A stretch of 64,000 bases of DNA from positions 171,680,001 to 171,744,000 of the forward strand of contig NC_058368.1 of the NCBI RefSeq assembly GCF_018350175.1. Direction: 5' to 3'. Below are positions 1-12,838 of the stretch, in pieces (within the stretch, counting starts at the first letter, position 1; every line of letters begins with the position of its first letter). The stretch comes from Felis catus. Taxonomy: Eukaryota. The translations under genes were made by a program, and so were the position numbers. The notes beneath the pieces are model-generated. The model did no database searches and was not told the DNA's origin. It worked only from the letters and a program-made list of their open reading frames with translations.

Positions 1-879
1 AAGCTGTATTCTGGGACACCATCCCCACAATGCCGGGAACCCCTGGCATCATAAACTGTGCTTTCTCATGTTCTTACACATGTCATTTCTAAATAGTCTG
101 TTGCTACATTTGGTTCTGTCTTCAGTCTTGGTCGGCTAATTCCTCCCCCACTATCTGACCTTTTGGTTATTGTCCATGGGGGCTAGCACTCAGCACCTCT
201 TGGTTTTCCTTGCCTGCCACCATCTCCCTTGTCCTAACTTCCTCTTGGCATCTCAATACCCTTAAAAACAAACTTCTCACACATTTGGAAGCCACTGCTA
301 GGCCCTTTCATGTCTTCAGGATTATTATTCGGAAAGCCTCTGGGGGAGCCATCTCAGCCTTTGGGGAATCTCCTAAGCAAAATGTTTAGCTAGAGTAATG
401 GATTAACAGTAGGCAGCACTAAGGAACAGTGGCTGTTCCACTTAAACAAACAAACAAGAACTACATACATGGCTCAGAGGATGCAAGAATGCAATCCACA
501 TTTTTTAGAATGGTACAGACTCACCAAAATGTAGTTAACAGGCTTTTCAAGTCATACACTAAACAGGCTGGTTCCTGACCTTAACGCACCTAGGCTATAC
601 CTAAACAAGTGATGCCTGGTCAATCTTAATACATGAAACTTAGAAACACATCTTGTGATGCAGAAGAAAATGGCAGTTACTCATTACAACCCAAAGCAGG
701 CTGATGAGGAGCACTGAGGCTGAAATATTGCAGACAGCTCAGACAGAGCAGTCAATCCCAGAGAAGCTGGAGAGGCATGGTAAATCTGACCTCTGACTTG
801 TCGTGTTTATATCTGGTCTGCAGAAAAATACACTGTGCATAGGAATTGAAAACTTATTTGTCATAAAAACCCAGTATTT

Positions 880-1033
880 GAGGCACCTGGGTAGGCTTAG
901 TCATTTGGGTGTCTGACTCTTGATTTTGACTCAGGTCATGATCTCACGGTTCATGACATTGAGCCCCGCATCGAGCTCTGCCCATGGAGCCTGCTTGGGA
1001 TTCTCTCTCTCTCCCTCTGCCCCTCCCCTACTT

Positions 1034-1109
<76 letters not shown>

Positions 1110-1130
1110 AAATAAATGAAACATTTTAAA
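880..1130 (+). mobile_element. Can-SINE with expanded (CT)n
   Basis: gaggcacctgggt head, ctcaggtcatgatctc core, (CT)n, aaataaa tail. Confidence 0.9.
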
Positions 1131-2184
1131 AACATAATATTTAACTTTTGACACTGTCTGTGCCAGTAAGCCTTACAGCAGTGTCAGATGAGGTTTACGC
1201 AGCTTCAAGAGTAAAATGGGTGGCATGGCAAGATTAAAAATTACACAATGGCCCCAGATTGTGTAAACCCACACCGTGAAACCAACGGACTATGTCCTCA
1301 CGTGGTGTACAGAATAGGAGACAAGAAAAAGTAACTAATGTGTGAGAATCTATCTTCCACTCTCGAAACATGCCCCTCTTCCAAAAGACTCAAGTTCTAA
1401 GTGGAAAGTTTCTTTATTTTAGAAATAAAGAAAGAGAGAGACGGAAAGACGGAATACTAACCTCTATGATACAAAAAAGGTATGATTCGGGTTTTCTGAA
1501 AAAGCCGCTCATCAGCTGTTCGGTGTGCTGCATACATTCAGTCCACAGCACCATCTCATTTTCCACCCATTATCAATATAAAAATTAGAGTATCTTGGCA
1601 ACAGACTTTTCACAGTGAGGTTTACTTTATTCTGAGACCCTTTCTAGTAGAAATAAAATGGCAAAGGAACCTCATTATCCATAAGATTTTCAATGTGCCC
1701 TGTTCCAGCTGTAACATCACTCCTTTCAACTCTCTATTCAAACGACAGTTAATAAGCATCTATTGCATGAGGTGTGTAGCTCTAGCTGCTAGGGGACCAC
1801 AGGTAGGGGCTCACAGGCTACCGGAGGAGACAGATGTATCCAGAAATAATGCTTGCAAGGCGCTAAGTGCTATTACAGGGCGTATGTGAGGCCAGGACTA
1901 GCACTTAAGTTTGCCTGGTCAGCCTGGGTTGAAGGCTTCCTGGCAAGTAGGACACTTGATTCAAGTCTTAAAGGATGAATCCAGAGGAGTGTGTACTTAG
2001 GGAAAGGTAAAAGGGTACACCACTCAGCAGGAATCCAGTGCCTAAAAAGGCACAAGAGTCTGGTACACTTGGGAAAGGGAACATTTCCGTGTACCCACAG
2101 ACCAAGTCATTTGGGTAGGCATTCAGAACTGCTAAAGGTCTAGATAAGGTAGGGTGCTAACGCAAACAACGCAGTTTGGAATTT

Positions 2185-2350
2185 ATGTCTTTTGCCCCTC
2201 AGGAGACATTTGGTAACAGCTGGGGATATTTTTGGTTGTCGCAAATGGGCAAGAGGTGCTACAGGCATCTCGTGGGTAGAGGCTAGGAACACAGTTATCC
2301 CACAATGGACAGGAAAACCTCCCACAACAAAGAATTGTCTAGCCCTACAC
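2185..2350. mobile_element. MER20-like hAT DNA transposon relic
   Basis: tttgcccctcaggagacatttgg...ggtgctacaggcatctcgtgggtagaggctagg resembles the MER20 consensus. Confidence 0.7.
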
Positions 2351-2502
2351 TGAGATACAACTTGACACAAACCATCAGAGAAGAGTTTCCCACTTTCTTT
2401 GTAAGTGTCTTAATAAAAATAACAAACTACTGTCCATCTGGCTGATCAAAAGAAGAGTCTGGACCTCTGTCTCTACTATTTAGATTTAACTTTATCACCA
2501 CC

Positions 2503-2780
2503 TACTATGGTCAGAATGTTTGTGTGCCCCTAAAATCCATTATGTTGGAAACCTAACCCCCAAGGCATTAGGAGCTGGGGCGTTCAAGATTACTGCTCTT
2601 ACAGAAGAGGGCCAAAAAAGCTCCACAACACCTTCTGCCATGCGAGGGTACACAAGAAGGTTTTCACCCAGAAAAAGGCCCTCACCTGACCATGCTGGAC
2701 TATGAGAAATAAATTTCTTTTGTTTATAAGCCACCCAGTCTACAGTATGGGTTATAGCAGCCCAAATGGATGAACACACC
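2503..2780 (+). mobile_element. MaLR solo LTR (MLT1A/B-like)
   Basis: tactatggtcagaatgtttgtgtgccc start; aataaatttcttttgtttataagccacccagtct...ttatagcagccc end. Confidence 0.75.
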
Positions 2781-2834
2781 ACCCATGCTCAAGAGCAACA
2801 ACAGCTCTGTATTATTATCATCATCATTATCATT

Positions 2835-2935
2835 ATCATTATTGTTAGTAGACTATGTCCAACTTGGGGCTTGAACTCATGACCCCAAGATCAAGAGTCG
2901 CATGTTCCTACAACTGAGCCACCCAGGCGCCCCCT
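2835..2935 (-). mobile_element. short or old Can-SINE
   Basis: ggcttgaactcatgacc...ctgagccacccaggcgcccc (reverse of SINE head). Confidence 0.75.
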
Positions 2936-5900
2936 AACAGCTCTGCATTAGTTGAAGTTTAGTTCAAAGTCAGTTCAAGTTTAGCATTACAGAATTCAAG
3001 AAAAATTATATTAACAGGACTAAAAAAAAAAAGTGTGGTCCACCAAAAAACAAGGAAATTAGAAGCACTTGGAGAAGGACAGCCATTAGCTGCGAGAGCA
3101 TTTACAGTTTGGGGATCTTGATAAGGCTGTATTGTAGAAATGCAATTTGCTAAGAAAGCAGAACTTATGTACTCTCAACAATAACAAAAAGGTAATTTAT
3201 GTGAATTACCTCAGTGGTGGGATGGTGGGAATCCTTGCACAACTTATATTCTACAAAATCATGTTGTACGCTTTAATTTCATTTGTCAATTATACCTTAG
3301 TAAAGCTGAAAACAGTTTGAATAATTTTAAAAACAAAAAAGAATTTGTGAAGGAGGATTAATATAGGAGTCCATCTTAAACAGACACAACATGGACATTC
3401 TATTTGAATTTCAGAAATGAAGACGCAGTGTCAGTGACGGCTACATCTAACCCAGTCACATCTAATTTACCAACCAATCAAGACCCACAGCCAATCTCAC
3501 ATTAACAGTAATGTTGGTGTACGATGACTTGCTTCATCTTACGTTTATCAGGTCCCTGACTCTGTATCTTATGAGGCTGATGTTAAAAGATACAGGTATT
3601 CACCTATACACTTAATATGATTTATGAAACACTACTGCTTTTCACTGTCTTCCTTAATCTTCTTAGGCGTTTTCCTCACCAGTCCAAATGGAGGAAAAAT
3701 TATAATTCTCGGTAACTGAGATGCATATAATTTAAGTCTCCACTTTCTGTTTTTCTAGTTTATTAGGAAGTTTCTGATTGAAGCATCAAAACTGACTCAC
3801 AATATTCCCTCAGAAACCTCAGGATGATTAGGAAGTAACTTCATTTAAAAGTTAATGGGTAAACTGTACCCTTCAAATGTGTGAAATTGTGTATCTCAAT
3901 AATGCCTTTTAAAAAGTTAATGGAATTTCCATCTTGCTGTCATATTGGTTTCATTAATTTAGTCAAATACAACAAGGGAAAAATGAGCACCTCAGTGTTT
4001 ATTACATTACTGCTTAGAGCACAACAGCCTCCCTGAAACAAAAATATTAATCCAGTTCATATTTGTAGCAGCAACTTTGAGGACTAAATTTCTAATAAAA
4101 CCTTGTGATTTGTTTTTCCCTGAAAATCTTTTGCTAATCAAATGTCAACTTACACCAGTAGTTTGAGCCACAAATTTTGCTCTCTCAGACAACAAAAAGA
4201 AAGATCCTTACTTCCCCCAGCACAGAGAGCAACAAAGGACGTAACAAAAGTTTCCCTGAGCAAACATTGCTCAAAAAAACCAAAAGACCAACCACAGCAG
4301 AAATGCTTACTTAAATAAACAACAGAGATAGCAGCATAGAACAAATAGCTAAAAGCTATTGTGTGGGGGTCAACACACCACCAATAGCTTTCAGTTTATA
4401 TAAACCTTATTTATAAGATTCTTATAAATCTTAGATAGGGCTCAAACTGCATGCCAAAAACTTCCAGCTTGTCAAGGTGAGGTTGCCTCTAAAAAAAAAA
4501 AAAAGAAGCAAATTTCTCCATAATGTTAGTATGAATATGAATACAAATATATGTTTTTTTAATAGAAAATTATTTTCCATTTAGTTGCTATTCATCTTGA
4601 CATAGAAGACGTGTAACCATCGTCTCAAGGCTGAAGTGCCTTTCCATGGGAACAAACACATCAATTTTTTTTCTTGTTGATGAAAGACTTTGATCTAAGT
4701 TGCAGAAAATCACTTCATAACTAACTTTGTAATGTGGCGCTTAAACAAATCCAGAAAGTGTTTTTCAAAATGGCACACAGAAAATATGTTTTACCACGCT
4801 TCTCTATTTCTTCTACTTAAATTTACTATAATTAATCTTTTTTTAAACTCACAATACATTATTATAACAGCAATACAAGCAAATTCTTAAGTGACTATTT
4901 AATAATCAGTAAAATACCTTCCATGAAGGAATGAAATTGGTAATTTTAATGCAAAATTAATGGTCTTTATTTCATTTGAGATAGAACATGAAAAAGGGTC
5001 ATCTCAAAATGTTAGAAAATACTTTTTAAAAACAAAAAGATTTTTCTATTTTAATTTCAGGAGGGAAATGGGCTAATTGATGTCATATGCTTAATTTTGA
5101 CTTTAATGATAATAAAAGTTTTCAAATGTACTTTTCCAAGGGGAAACACCATTATAGTTATTGGCTATTTCATTTACATTTTAGTTTACTGTTTCACTCA
5201 TAACTAAAGGAGTTAAAAAGAAAACGCGATGTACAGAATAATAATATACACATATCCATTCAACGTTTGAATACCATCTACACGTGAGATGCTGTTCGTA
5301 CATTATTCCATTTATAAATACACATATGTGTTTAATTTAGTACATACCACAAGTAGATAGGTGCTTAACACATGCATTTCATGGTAGCCTGGTAGTTACA
5401 GATAATGTGGTTAACTTCAGCAGACAACATCTGTGTTACACATATGGCCATCAAAATAATTGTGGCATGCTTTTGTGACACTGAAAGAGGCCAAGCCTGT
5501 TGCAAAATGATTACTTCCAACAAAAGCCTGCTTAAATTATTGTTTAGTTAAATGGCACATATCCAAAATTACAGCATTATAAAGTTGCTATTGCCTTTGA
5601 ATCACTCACCAATTTTCAACATATTTGTAAAACAAGATAAGCACCATCAGGTTATAAAAAGCAATTATGGATCAGGATTTTTTATTCATGTTTCTTTGAC
5701 AAAATTATTCCATTTGATCCTGAGTCTTGGCTGCTCTCTTGACAGAATAATGTACATGCTCCACAGCTGACAGGGATATGGCTTTCATGATTAAATAGGA
5801 AGCTCACACTCCAGATGACTTTATAGACTTTGCACTTCAGAAAGATTTCTTTGTTGGTTTAGTATCAGATCATCCGTTATCTTTTTCTAATGGTTTCTTT

Positions 5901-7059
5901 CCCCAAGCCAAAGAGAATCTATGTATTATCAAAAATTTATGGGTTTTTTTTTTATTTTTGCCTATTTGCACAGTACACCAAAGAATGTTACATCATCTTG
6001 GAAAGTTCTTTTCCTGATTTCATGGGGGTGGAACACAAAGCAAAAGGTGAAAATATAAAATATGAAACACCCTTTTCCAAGAGTCTTTTCCTGGCTTTTA
6101 AAGGAAACACCAAACGAGAATCTGATTGACTTTTGCTTTTTATAATTACTGGAAAACAACTGCTCAAAACAATTTCCTAAAGGAAGGGTTAACTTTATCT
6201 TGTGACTTTAATTGATCATTTTTGCCCCCGCCCCCATCTCCAGCAGAAGAACGACACCTGTGAAATTAGAATTCTGTACACCAAGAATGGTAACATCAAA
6301 GCTGAAGCTTTTAGCCAGGAACAGTTACTCTGGCGTGCATAAAGCTATGTAAAAACTGATTCACACAAGGAAATGACCAGGGCCTACGCCATTAGGATTA
6401 ACTTCTGACATACAAGACTAGAAGAGGATACTGGCAGCTTGAACTTCTTTCTCAGACCTCCAGCATTACCAGGATGGAGAGTGGGAGAAAATGGGGGGGG
6501 GGGGGTAGCCCCTCACCAGACTCAGCTGCTAAGGTTACTTAAAAAGCTCCCGTGATTTAAATACGGAGAAAGAGAAACAAAACGTTCCGAATTCCGATCA
6601 CCTTTTGGTAACTACGTGGTTGCAAGAGCAAAACAAGCGCGCAGGCGCGTCGGTCAGGTTGTCAACCATAAACATAAGAACTCTTCAAAATTAAGGAAGT
6701 GGATCTCTGCAATCTCCCACAGCCTTTTTATTTGGGTTCTCTAGGTTAATAGTAGTGATTCCATTTTAATGACCTACAGACAGGCGCAAAGTTATTTACC
6801 GAGTCGCTTTGAGAGATGTTTACTTAAATATGGGGATAAAACCAGTTCGCTTGTGGAACTGGAAATTATCTTCCGTCCAAACGTAGCATTACTCATCTAC
6901 AAACCCAGGGAACACAATCACAGCCACCCAGTAAATGTGTTTCTGCGAGTCAACTAGATTACTTCCCCAATGACACTAACAGAAAAAAGCCTCAACAAAG
7001 CCACGGGAAATCGTGCCTTCAACACTGTATTCAGCCTGTATATTCAGGTTTGCGCGTCT

Positions 7060-9050
7060 TTGGAGCTACGGGGGCCTTAGATGCTTTTGGAGGAAACCGG
7101 TCCCGGGAAGAGTTTGGGTCTCAGTTGCAGGACTGTGGGTTGCAGCTGAGAGTCGATGAGCGAACACCCTTTGAGACGTGAAACTTACTTCCCTTTATGA
7201 AGGGACTCGAAGTGAATCCACCCCGACACGTCCACACTCCACCTGAGCGCAGGGCAGCTGCGGCTCCTTCCCACCGCGCAGAGAGCAGTCGCCGGCCGAG
7301 ACCCGTGACAGCCCTCAGACAAAGCCTAGGACCCCCGCGCCCGCCCGGCTGCCGATCCCCGGAACACGCCCCCGGCCCGCGCCTACCTTGATGCCCTGCT
7401 GCTGGGTGGTGAGGGTTAACTTGGATTCATTCAGAAGCAAAACTTCGCAGTAAAATTCTTCTGGAACAGCGCAGAAGCAGCCCATGTTGGCTGTGGCCGT
7501 CTCCAGCCAGGAGAGAAAGCTGCGACCCAGGCGCCGAGCCGCCCCCTCCCCTCAAGCGCGAGGCATTAATTTATTGTCCGCGCCGGGGCCAGGGCGACGG
7601 GACCGGTTCCCGGCGAGGTCCAGGGCCGCGCGGACGAGCCGCCCGGCGCCGGCTGGAGGGAAGGAGGGCGGAGAAGCCCGGGAGTCAGCGCCCGGGAGCC
7701 GCCGGGGAAGCGCCGGCGGAACTGAGCACAGAGGGCGGCGGCGCGTCCCCGCGCATCCTGCGGCTCGGGCTCCTCCGAAGGCGGGGGCGCCGCGGCCCCT
7801 CCCGCAGTCCTGGGGACGACAAAAGTCGTCTGGCAATGGGGGCAAGAAGCAAGAAAAGGGAGGAATGCGAGCTCGGGGCCCTCCCCAGACGAGGAAGCCC
7901 TTGGGAGCTGTGCAGCCCCCTCCGCCTGTCCCCGGCCGGAGTGCTACCGAGACACCCGGCCTCCTTCCCCTGCGGAGTCCCCGGAGGGCTCCCACTTCCA
8001 GCTCCGACCCCACCCCGCAGCCCCCAGTCCGGTCCGCCGACTGGGGAACACTCGGCTGTTCCTTTGTGTCAGGGGTACCCGCGACGTCCCAGTCCCACGG
8101 CAGGGCCAGTGGCGAGGATCGTCACTCAGTCTACCTCGGCCACCCGGAACCCCGAGAAGTATCGGAAAGGGCAGCGGGCTCCTTACCAAGACCGGCGAGT
8201 GCAAGTCAGCTCGTGGCGGGACGCGGCTCCCGTCTGGGGACCGTGGAACTCATCACGGGGGGTTGCGTGTGCCTAAGTTCAAGCTGGCCCTCCGAGAACG
8301 CCTTTGCTGCGGCGGCGGAGCGCTGCTCCTCCGGGATTTTCAGAGAACTGGGGAGTCAGAGGGCTTGCGGGCGCGCCGGCAGGCGGAGAAGCGGGCGCCC
8401 AGGCTGGGAACGCGCTCTCGGGCGGGTGGGGGTGTGCCCTGGGCGCGCAGGCCGCGGCGGCTCCCGGGAAAGTTCTCTTGGCTGCGCGAGGGGTGGCGCC
8501 CGGGGCGGGAGCAGCCCAGGTGCAGCTGGGCCGGGCCCGAGTGTCTGCAGAGAGCCCTGGAACGAAGCTGGGGCCCAGAGGCCGGGAAGGGGCGCCCCTT
8601 CCGGGCGGGGTCTCGGCTGAGAGCGGAAGGCGGAGCGGAGGTGGTCCAACGACGAGGTGCGGGCAGGTCCGCACCGGAACCCGCGCGCACCACCCCGGCC
8701 GCTCAGCTGTTCGGAGCCCTGGTTCTGATTGCTGTAGCCGTTTCCCGGGGAGACGGAAGGTTGGCTCTAGGAAGGCCGGGCGCAGTTCTGCTCGGACCCT
8801 GGCGTTCGGCGCTCCCAGTCCCACGCCCTCCGCACGGCGGGTCGTGTCCAAGAGTGGCGGGCACAATAGCTCTGAGGCTGCAGTGACCCCTGGTGGGTCC
8901 TCGAGTCCGTGCACAAGCAGCCGAGGCTGAGCGCAGGATGAGGCCGGCCCCGCTGGACTTCGGAGCAGGTGCAGTCGGTGCTCTCCAGCTGGGAACCAGC
9001 AGCGAGTTAATGCGAGCCGAGAGGACGTGGGCCGGGGTTGACGGTAGGCC
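7060..9050. promoter_or_regulatory. CpG island / EPB41L4A promoter, probably bidirectional
   Basis: Abrupt switch to very GC-rich sequence with undepleted CpG, several GGGCGG GC boxes and no interspersed repeats; it contains exon 1. Human has a divergent lncRNA (EPB41L4A-DT) at the equivalent position. Confidence 0.92.
7387..7485 (-). CDS. EPB41L4A: EPB41L4A (band 4.1-like 4A / NBL4) coding exon 1, start of FERM domain; 33 codons [33 protein letters not shown]
   Basis: Manual minus-strand translation from ATG at 7485 in a good Kozak context (gccaacATGG). The 99-nt phase-0 exon ends in AAG|GTAGGC donor at 7387/7386. The peptide matches the remembered EPB41L4A N-terminus. It is too short for the ORF track. 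Confidence 0.95.
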
Positions 9051-10004
9051 TCCCAGAAAACTTCCCTACTTTATATATATTGAGTGTTAGAGCAAGAGCT
9101 TTAGCATCAAACATAGTTTTGAGTTCCCTCCTCTACCACTTACAAGCTAGGTGGTCAAAACTCACAAAATTTGCTTAAAACCTAGGACATTAGTAACTTA
9201 AAAAAAAATTTTTTTTAAGAAAAAAAAACCGAGAATGGAAATGAACAATTTGCAACTTTAGAAGGAGTTTCCTTCCATAGTGATTTTCCACAAAGGACCT
9301 TCTAAGGCTTCTCCTTTCCTGATATCTCAGCCCCTTCTAAACATGAATTACCACAATCCCCAAAGTGCAATAGATAAACCCTCATGTTTAATGCGAATTT
9401 TACCTAAAGCTAAGAACCAAGCCCTGTTGTATCTTCCAAGCCTTCTGTGAAATTGAAGCAGGTTTTGAATTCCTAATCAAATTCTGTGTCCAACTTTGGG
9501 CTGTACTGTCAATGACATGAGCCAACACATTATTTTGAATTTTAGCGTCTTTACCTCAGGAGGCTTTTCTGTAACAGAACGTTCCTGACATAAATTACCA
9601 AATGTGATTGAAAGGCTTCATAACAGACTTCCATTCTTTACCACAATATCCAATAGGGTCACCTGTGCTTGCAAAAACAAAAGATAAAGTCCAAGTTGCA
9701 ATGACTTGTTTTCCAGTTTAGAGTTTTGTTGCTACCTGTTTTATGCCCTTTGACTTTGTTTTGTTCTGGTTTTACCACCAGTGGTAGTGGAAAGGCTGGG
9801 GGTTTGAGGTGGGGACAAGGATTCTGTTCCAGGCCCCTCAGGAGGGAAAGTACAAAGCTGTGAAGTCTCATACATATGACAGCCCTTTCTGAGTGAGGCA
9901 TTTTCTTTTCCATTTCTTTGTGAGAGATTGAAGAAAAGAAAAAAAATCTAACACAAAATTGGAGTGTCCTAGAGATAATAGGAAGATCCCACGTGTTGTT
10001 TTCT

Positions 10005-11205
10005 TTTTTTAAAACAGCCTTATTGAGCTATAATTGGCATACAGTAAACTGCATATATTTAAAGTTTATAGTTTGATAAGTTTGACATATGTATACATGA
10101 AACCACTGCTACAATCAAGATAGCAAAGTATTCATCACCCCTAAAGTTTCCTCCTGTACCTTTATAATCTTTCTCTCTCATTCCTCACCACATCTCACCT
10201 GCCAGGCAACCACAGATCTGCTTTCTGCCAGTATAGCTTCTCTGCATTTTCTAGACTTTTCTATAAATAGGATAATAGTGCCAGCTTTTTTTTTTAATCT
10301 GGTCTGTTTTCATTCAGCATAATTGAGATTTATCCCTGTTGTTGTATATATCAGCTGTTCATTCATTTGTATTGCTCAGTAGTATTCCTTAGTATGTATA
10401 AACCACAATTTGTTTATCCATTCATTTGTGTGCTTTTCAGTTTTTTACTATTAGAAATAATAGAAGTATTACAAATCCTGGGGCTATAAGGATTGTACCA
10501 GTCAGCTCAGGCCACCATAACAAACTGCCACAGGCTGGGTGGCTTAGACAACAGACACTTACTTTCTTATAGTTATGGAAGCTGGCAGTCCAAAACCAGG
10601 GTGCCATCATGGTTGCTTACTGATAAAACCTTTCTTCCTGGTTTATACATGCCTGCCATCCCACTGGGTGCTCACATGACCTCCTCTTTGTTGGGAAGCA
10701 TGATAGTTAGCACAAGCCTACAGTGTCTCTTCTTATAAGGACACTAAACCTATTATATCAAGGCCCCACCCTTATGACCTCTTTTAACCTTAATTACTTC
10801 ATTATAGGTCCTACCTCCAAATATAGTCACATTGGGGGTTAGAGCTTCAACATGTATATTTGGAGGGGACATAGTTCAGACCATAGTGAGGATCCCTATC
10901 TTTGTATGGACATGTGGTTTTATTTCTCTTGAGATAAAAAAGAGTAGACTAGTTGGATCATAAGATCTACAAATGGCAAATGAGCACATGAAAAGATGTT
11001 CAACGTCATTAAGGAGATGTAAATTAAAATCACCATAAGGCACCACTACAGACCTTATAGAATGGCTACCATACCACCATACCAGTATCAATAAGGATGC
11101 AGAACAATTTGAATTCTCATACACTGCTAGTACAGATTAAGATGGTACAATCACTCTGGGTAACACTTTGACAGTTTCTGAAAAAGTTGTACATAGACCT
11201 TCCAC
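10005..11205 (-). mobile_element. old L1 (L1MB/ME-type) 3' end, interrupted by an MLT1 LTR, with an inverted segment at ~10965-11205
   Basis: ttattgagctataattggcatacagtaaactgc 3'UTR on minus; 10965-11205 reads as plus-strand L1 ORF2 3' sequence (aaatggcaaatgagcacatgaaaagatgttcaac). Confidence 0.65.
10494..10890 (-). mobile_element. MaLR solo LTR (MLT1A/B-like)
   Basis: gccaccataacaaactgccacaggctgggtggcttagacaacaga...ccccacccttatgacctc...ttcagaccatag. Confidence 0.8.
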
Positions 11206-11769
11206 AGGATTTTGGAGGAGGACTTTCTCTGCCTAGCCAAAGAAATAAATTAACAAGATACTATTCAAACACATTTTTCCCCAGGAAAATAGTATAGTTT
11301 TCAACATGTGCATAACATAATACAGCCAATTTAAAGCCTTGTGCCAAAGCCTTTGATCTCTTTTCAGAGATTTTTAAGAAAAATACTTTCTTTGGTCAAG
11401 ATGACATTTTGTCATAATAAGCCTATGTAGATGAGTCAAATGACAAACAAGTTCATAGTAGATATAATATTATGGAAATATGTAGACCATCTGTGAAGGA
11501 CTGCAGGAACTTCCATCCTGGAAAAAGCAATTTCACTCTACATGGAGCAAGCTCCCACCCCTTGCTGAAACATGCGCTGCAAAATGCCAGACAGAATTCT
11601 TTTTAAAGCACCATATTCCTTTTAGGAAGATGTCTTTAAACAGTCTATGTCTTTCATCATCCTTTTTAATTTTACATTTTCCAAACTTCAGAAAGTTAAC
11701 TGTGATTTGCAAAAGGAAAAAACACCATATAAAACACTGACAGTAAATAATTTAATTACTTAACTACCC

Positions 11770-11932
11770 GAAGGCAATGCAGCAGAATCACCAGGAAGAC
11801 TTATTAAAACAGATTGCTGGCCCTGCCCCCAGAGTTTCAGATCCAGTACCTGTGAAGTAGGGCCTGAAACTCTGCATTTTTAACGGATTCTCAGGTGATG
11901 CTTATGGTGCTGGTTTGAGAACCACTGCTCTA
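11770..11932. mobile_element. MER5A-like hAT-Charlie relic
   Basis: agaatcacc...cagattgctggccctgccccagagtttc...ctgcattttaac...caggtgatgct...tttgagaaccactg. Confidence 0.75.
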
Positions 11933-12607
11933 GAGCTTATCTCTCCAGTAAATAATAAAAGTTGGTCCTAATTACCTATAAATAATTTTTTCAAAGGGGG
12001 TGTCTCATTCTGTACCTCCCTATCAATCTATCCCATTCATCAAAATAATGCCTGTCAAGGAAAAGAGTATTGAAGACCCTGCCAAGTGGCTATATCAGAA
12101 AGAGTAGTTTTTAAGGAAGATAAAAATCCCTGTTTTAGTTTTTGACATACTGCCTATTCTATTTGAACACCTTGCTCATTTTTCTTTCTAATATAGTATG
12201 TGCTCAGGCACATCCCGTTTTTAAGACCATCCTGCCTTCTGACTCACTTCATATATATGTCACTAACCAGCCATTCTCTTCTCCTAAAGCCTTAGATCCC
12301 ATTTACTGAAATGCCTCAAGGGTGTTACCCACATTTCAAGAGAAGTCATCTCCTAAGACAACAGTCTAATCTGTTTCTTCATCTTTGTGATTCCATATAA
12401 ATGTTCTTTGGGGTTCACTGAAAATCCTTATTTTGTGGTTTTTAATCCTTGTTGGTAAGTGCAGTGATATGGTTTGTATTTAGTTTGAATGGTTTGGAAC
12501 TTTCACTTTGAAAATACCCTAGTTTCCCTTTCACTGTTCATATATATGCTATTAAAAAAAAAAATAGGAGCAGGAAAGCTAGTTGATAAGTCTAGTCCCG
12601 TTGGGGA

Positions 12608-12838
12608 CTTTTTTTTTTTTTTTAATTTTTTTTCAACGTTTTTTACTTATTTTGGGACAGAGAGAGACAGAGCATGAACGGGGGAGGGGCAGAGAGAGAG
12701 GGAGACACAGAATCAGAAACAGGCTCCAGGCTCCGAGCCATCAGCCCAGAGCCTGACGTGGGGCTCGAACTCACGGACCGCGAGATCGTGACCTGGCTGA
12801 AGTCAGACGCTTAACCCACTGCGCCACCCAGGCACCCC
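12608..12838 (-). mobile_element. young felid-type Can-SINE
   Basis: poly-T, ttttgggacagagagagacagagcatgaacggggg, most CpGs retained. Confidence 0.92.

Larger units (their letters stand above)
1..7386 (-). other. EPB41L4A: EPB41L4A intron 1 (5' part; continues beyond window start)
   Basis: Lies downstream of the GT donor at 7386 on the minus strand; no exon-2 peptide (KSTKGSVVLD-like) recognised in 1-7386. Confidence 0.85.

Noticed and set aside
7484..8930. Long overlapping ORFs (378, 211, 208, 207, 153, 146 aa) on both strands
   Set aside because: Stop-codon scarcity in a GC-rich CpG island; low-complexity R/G/A/P products with no recognisable domain; the true exon is the short minus-strand one.
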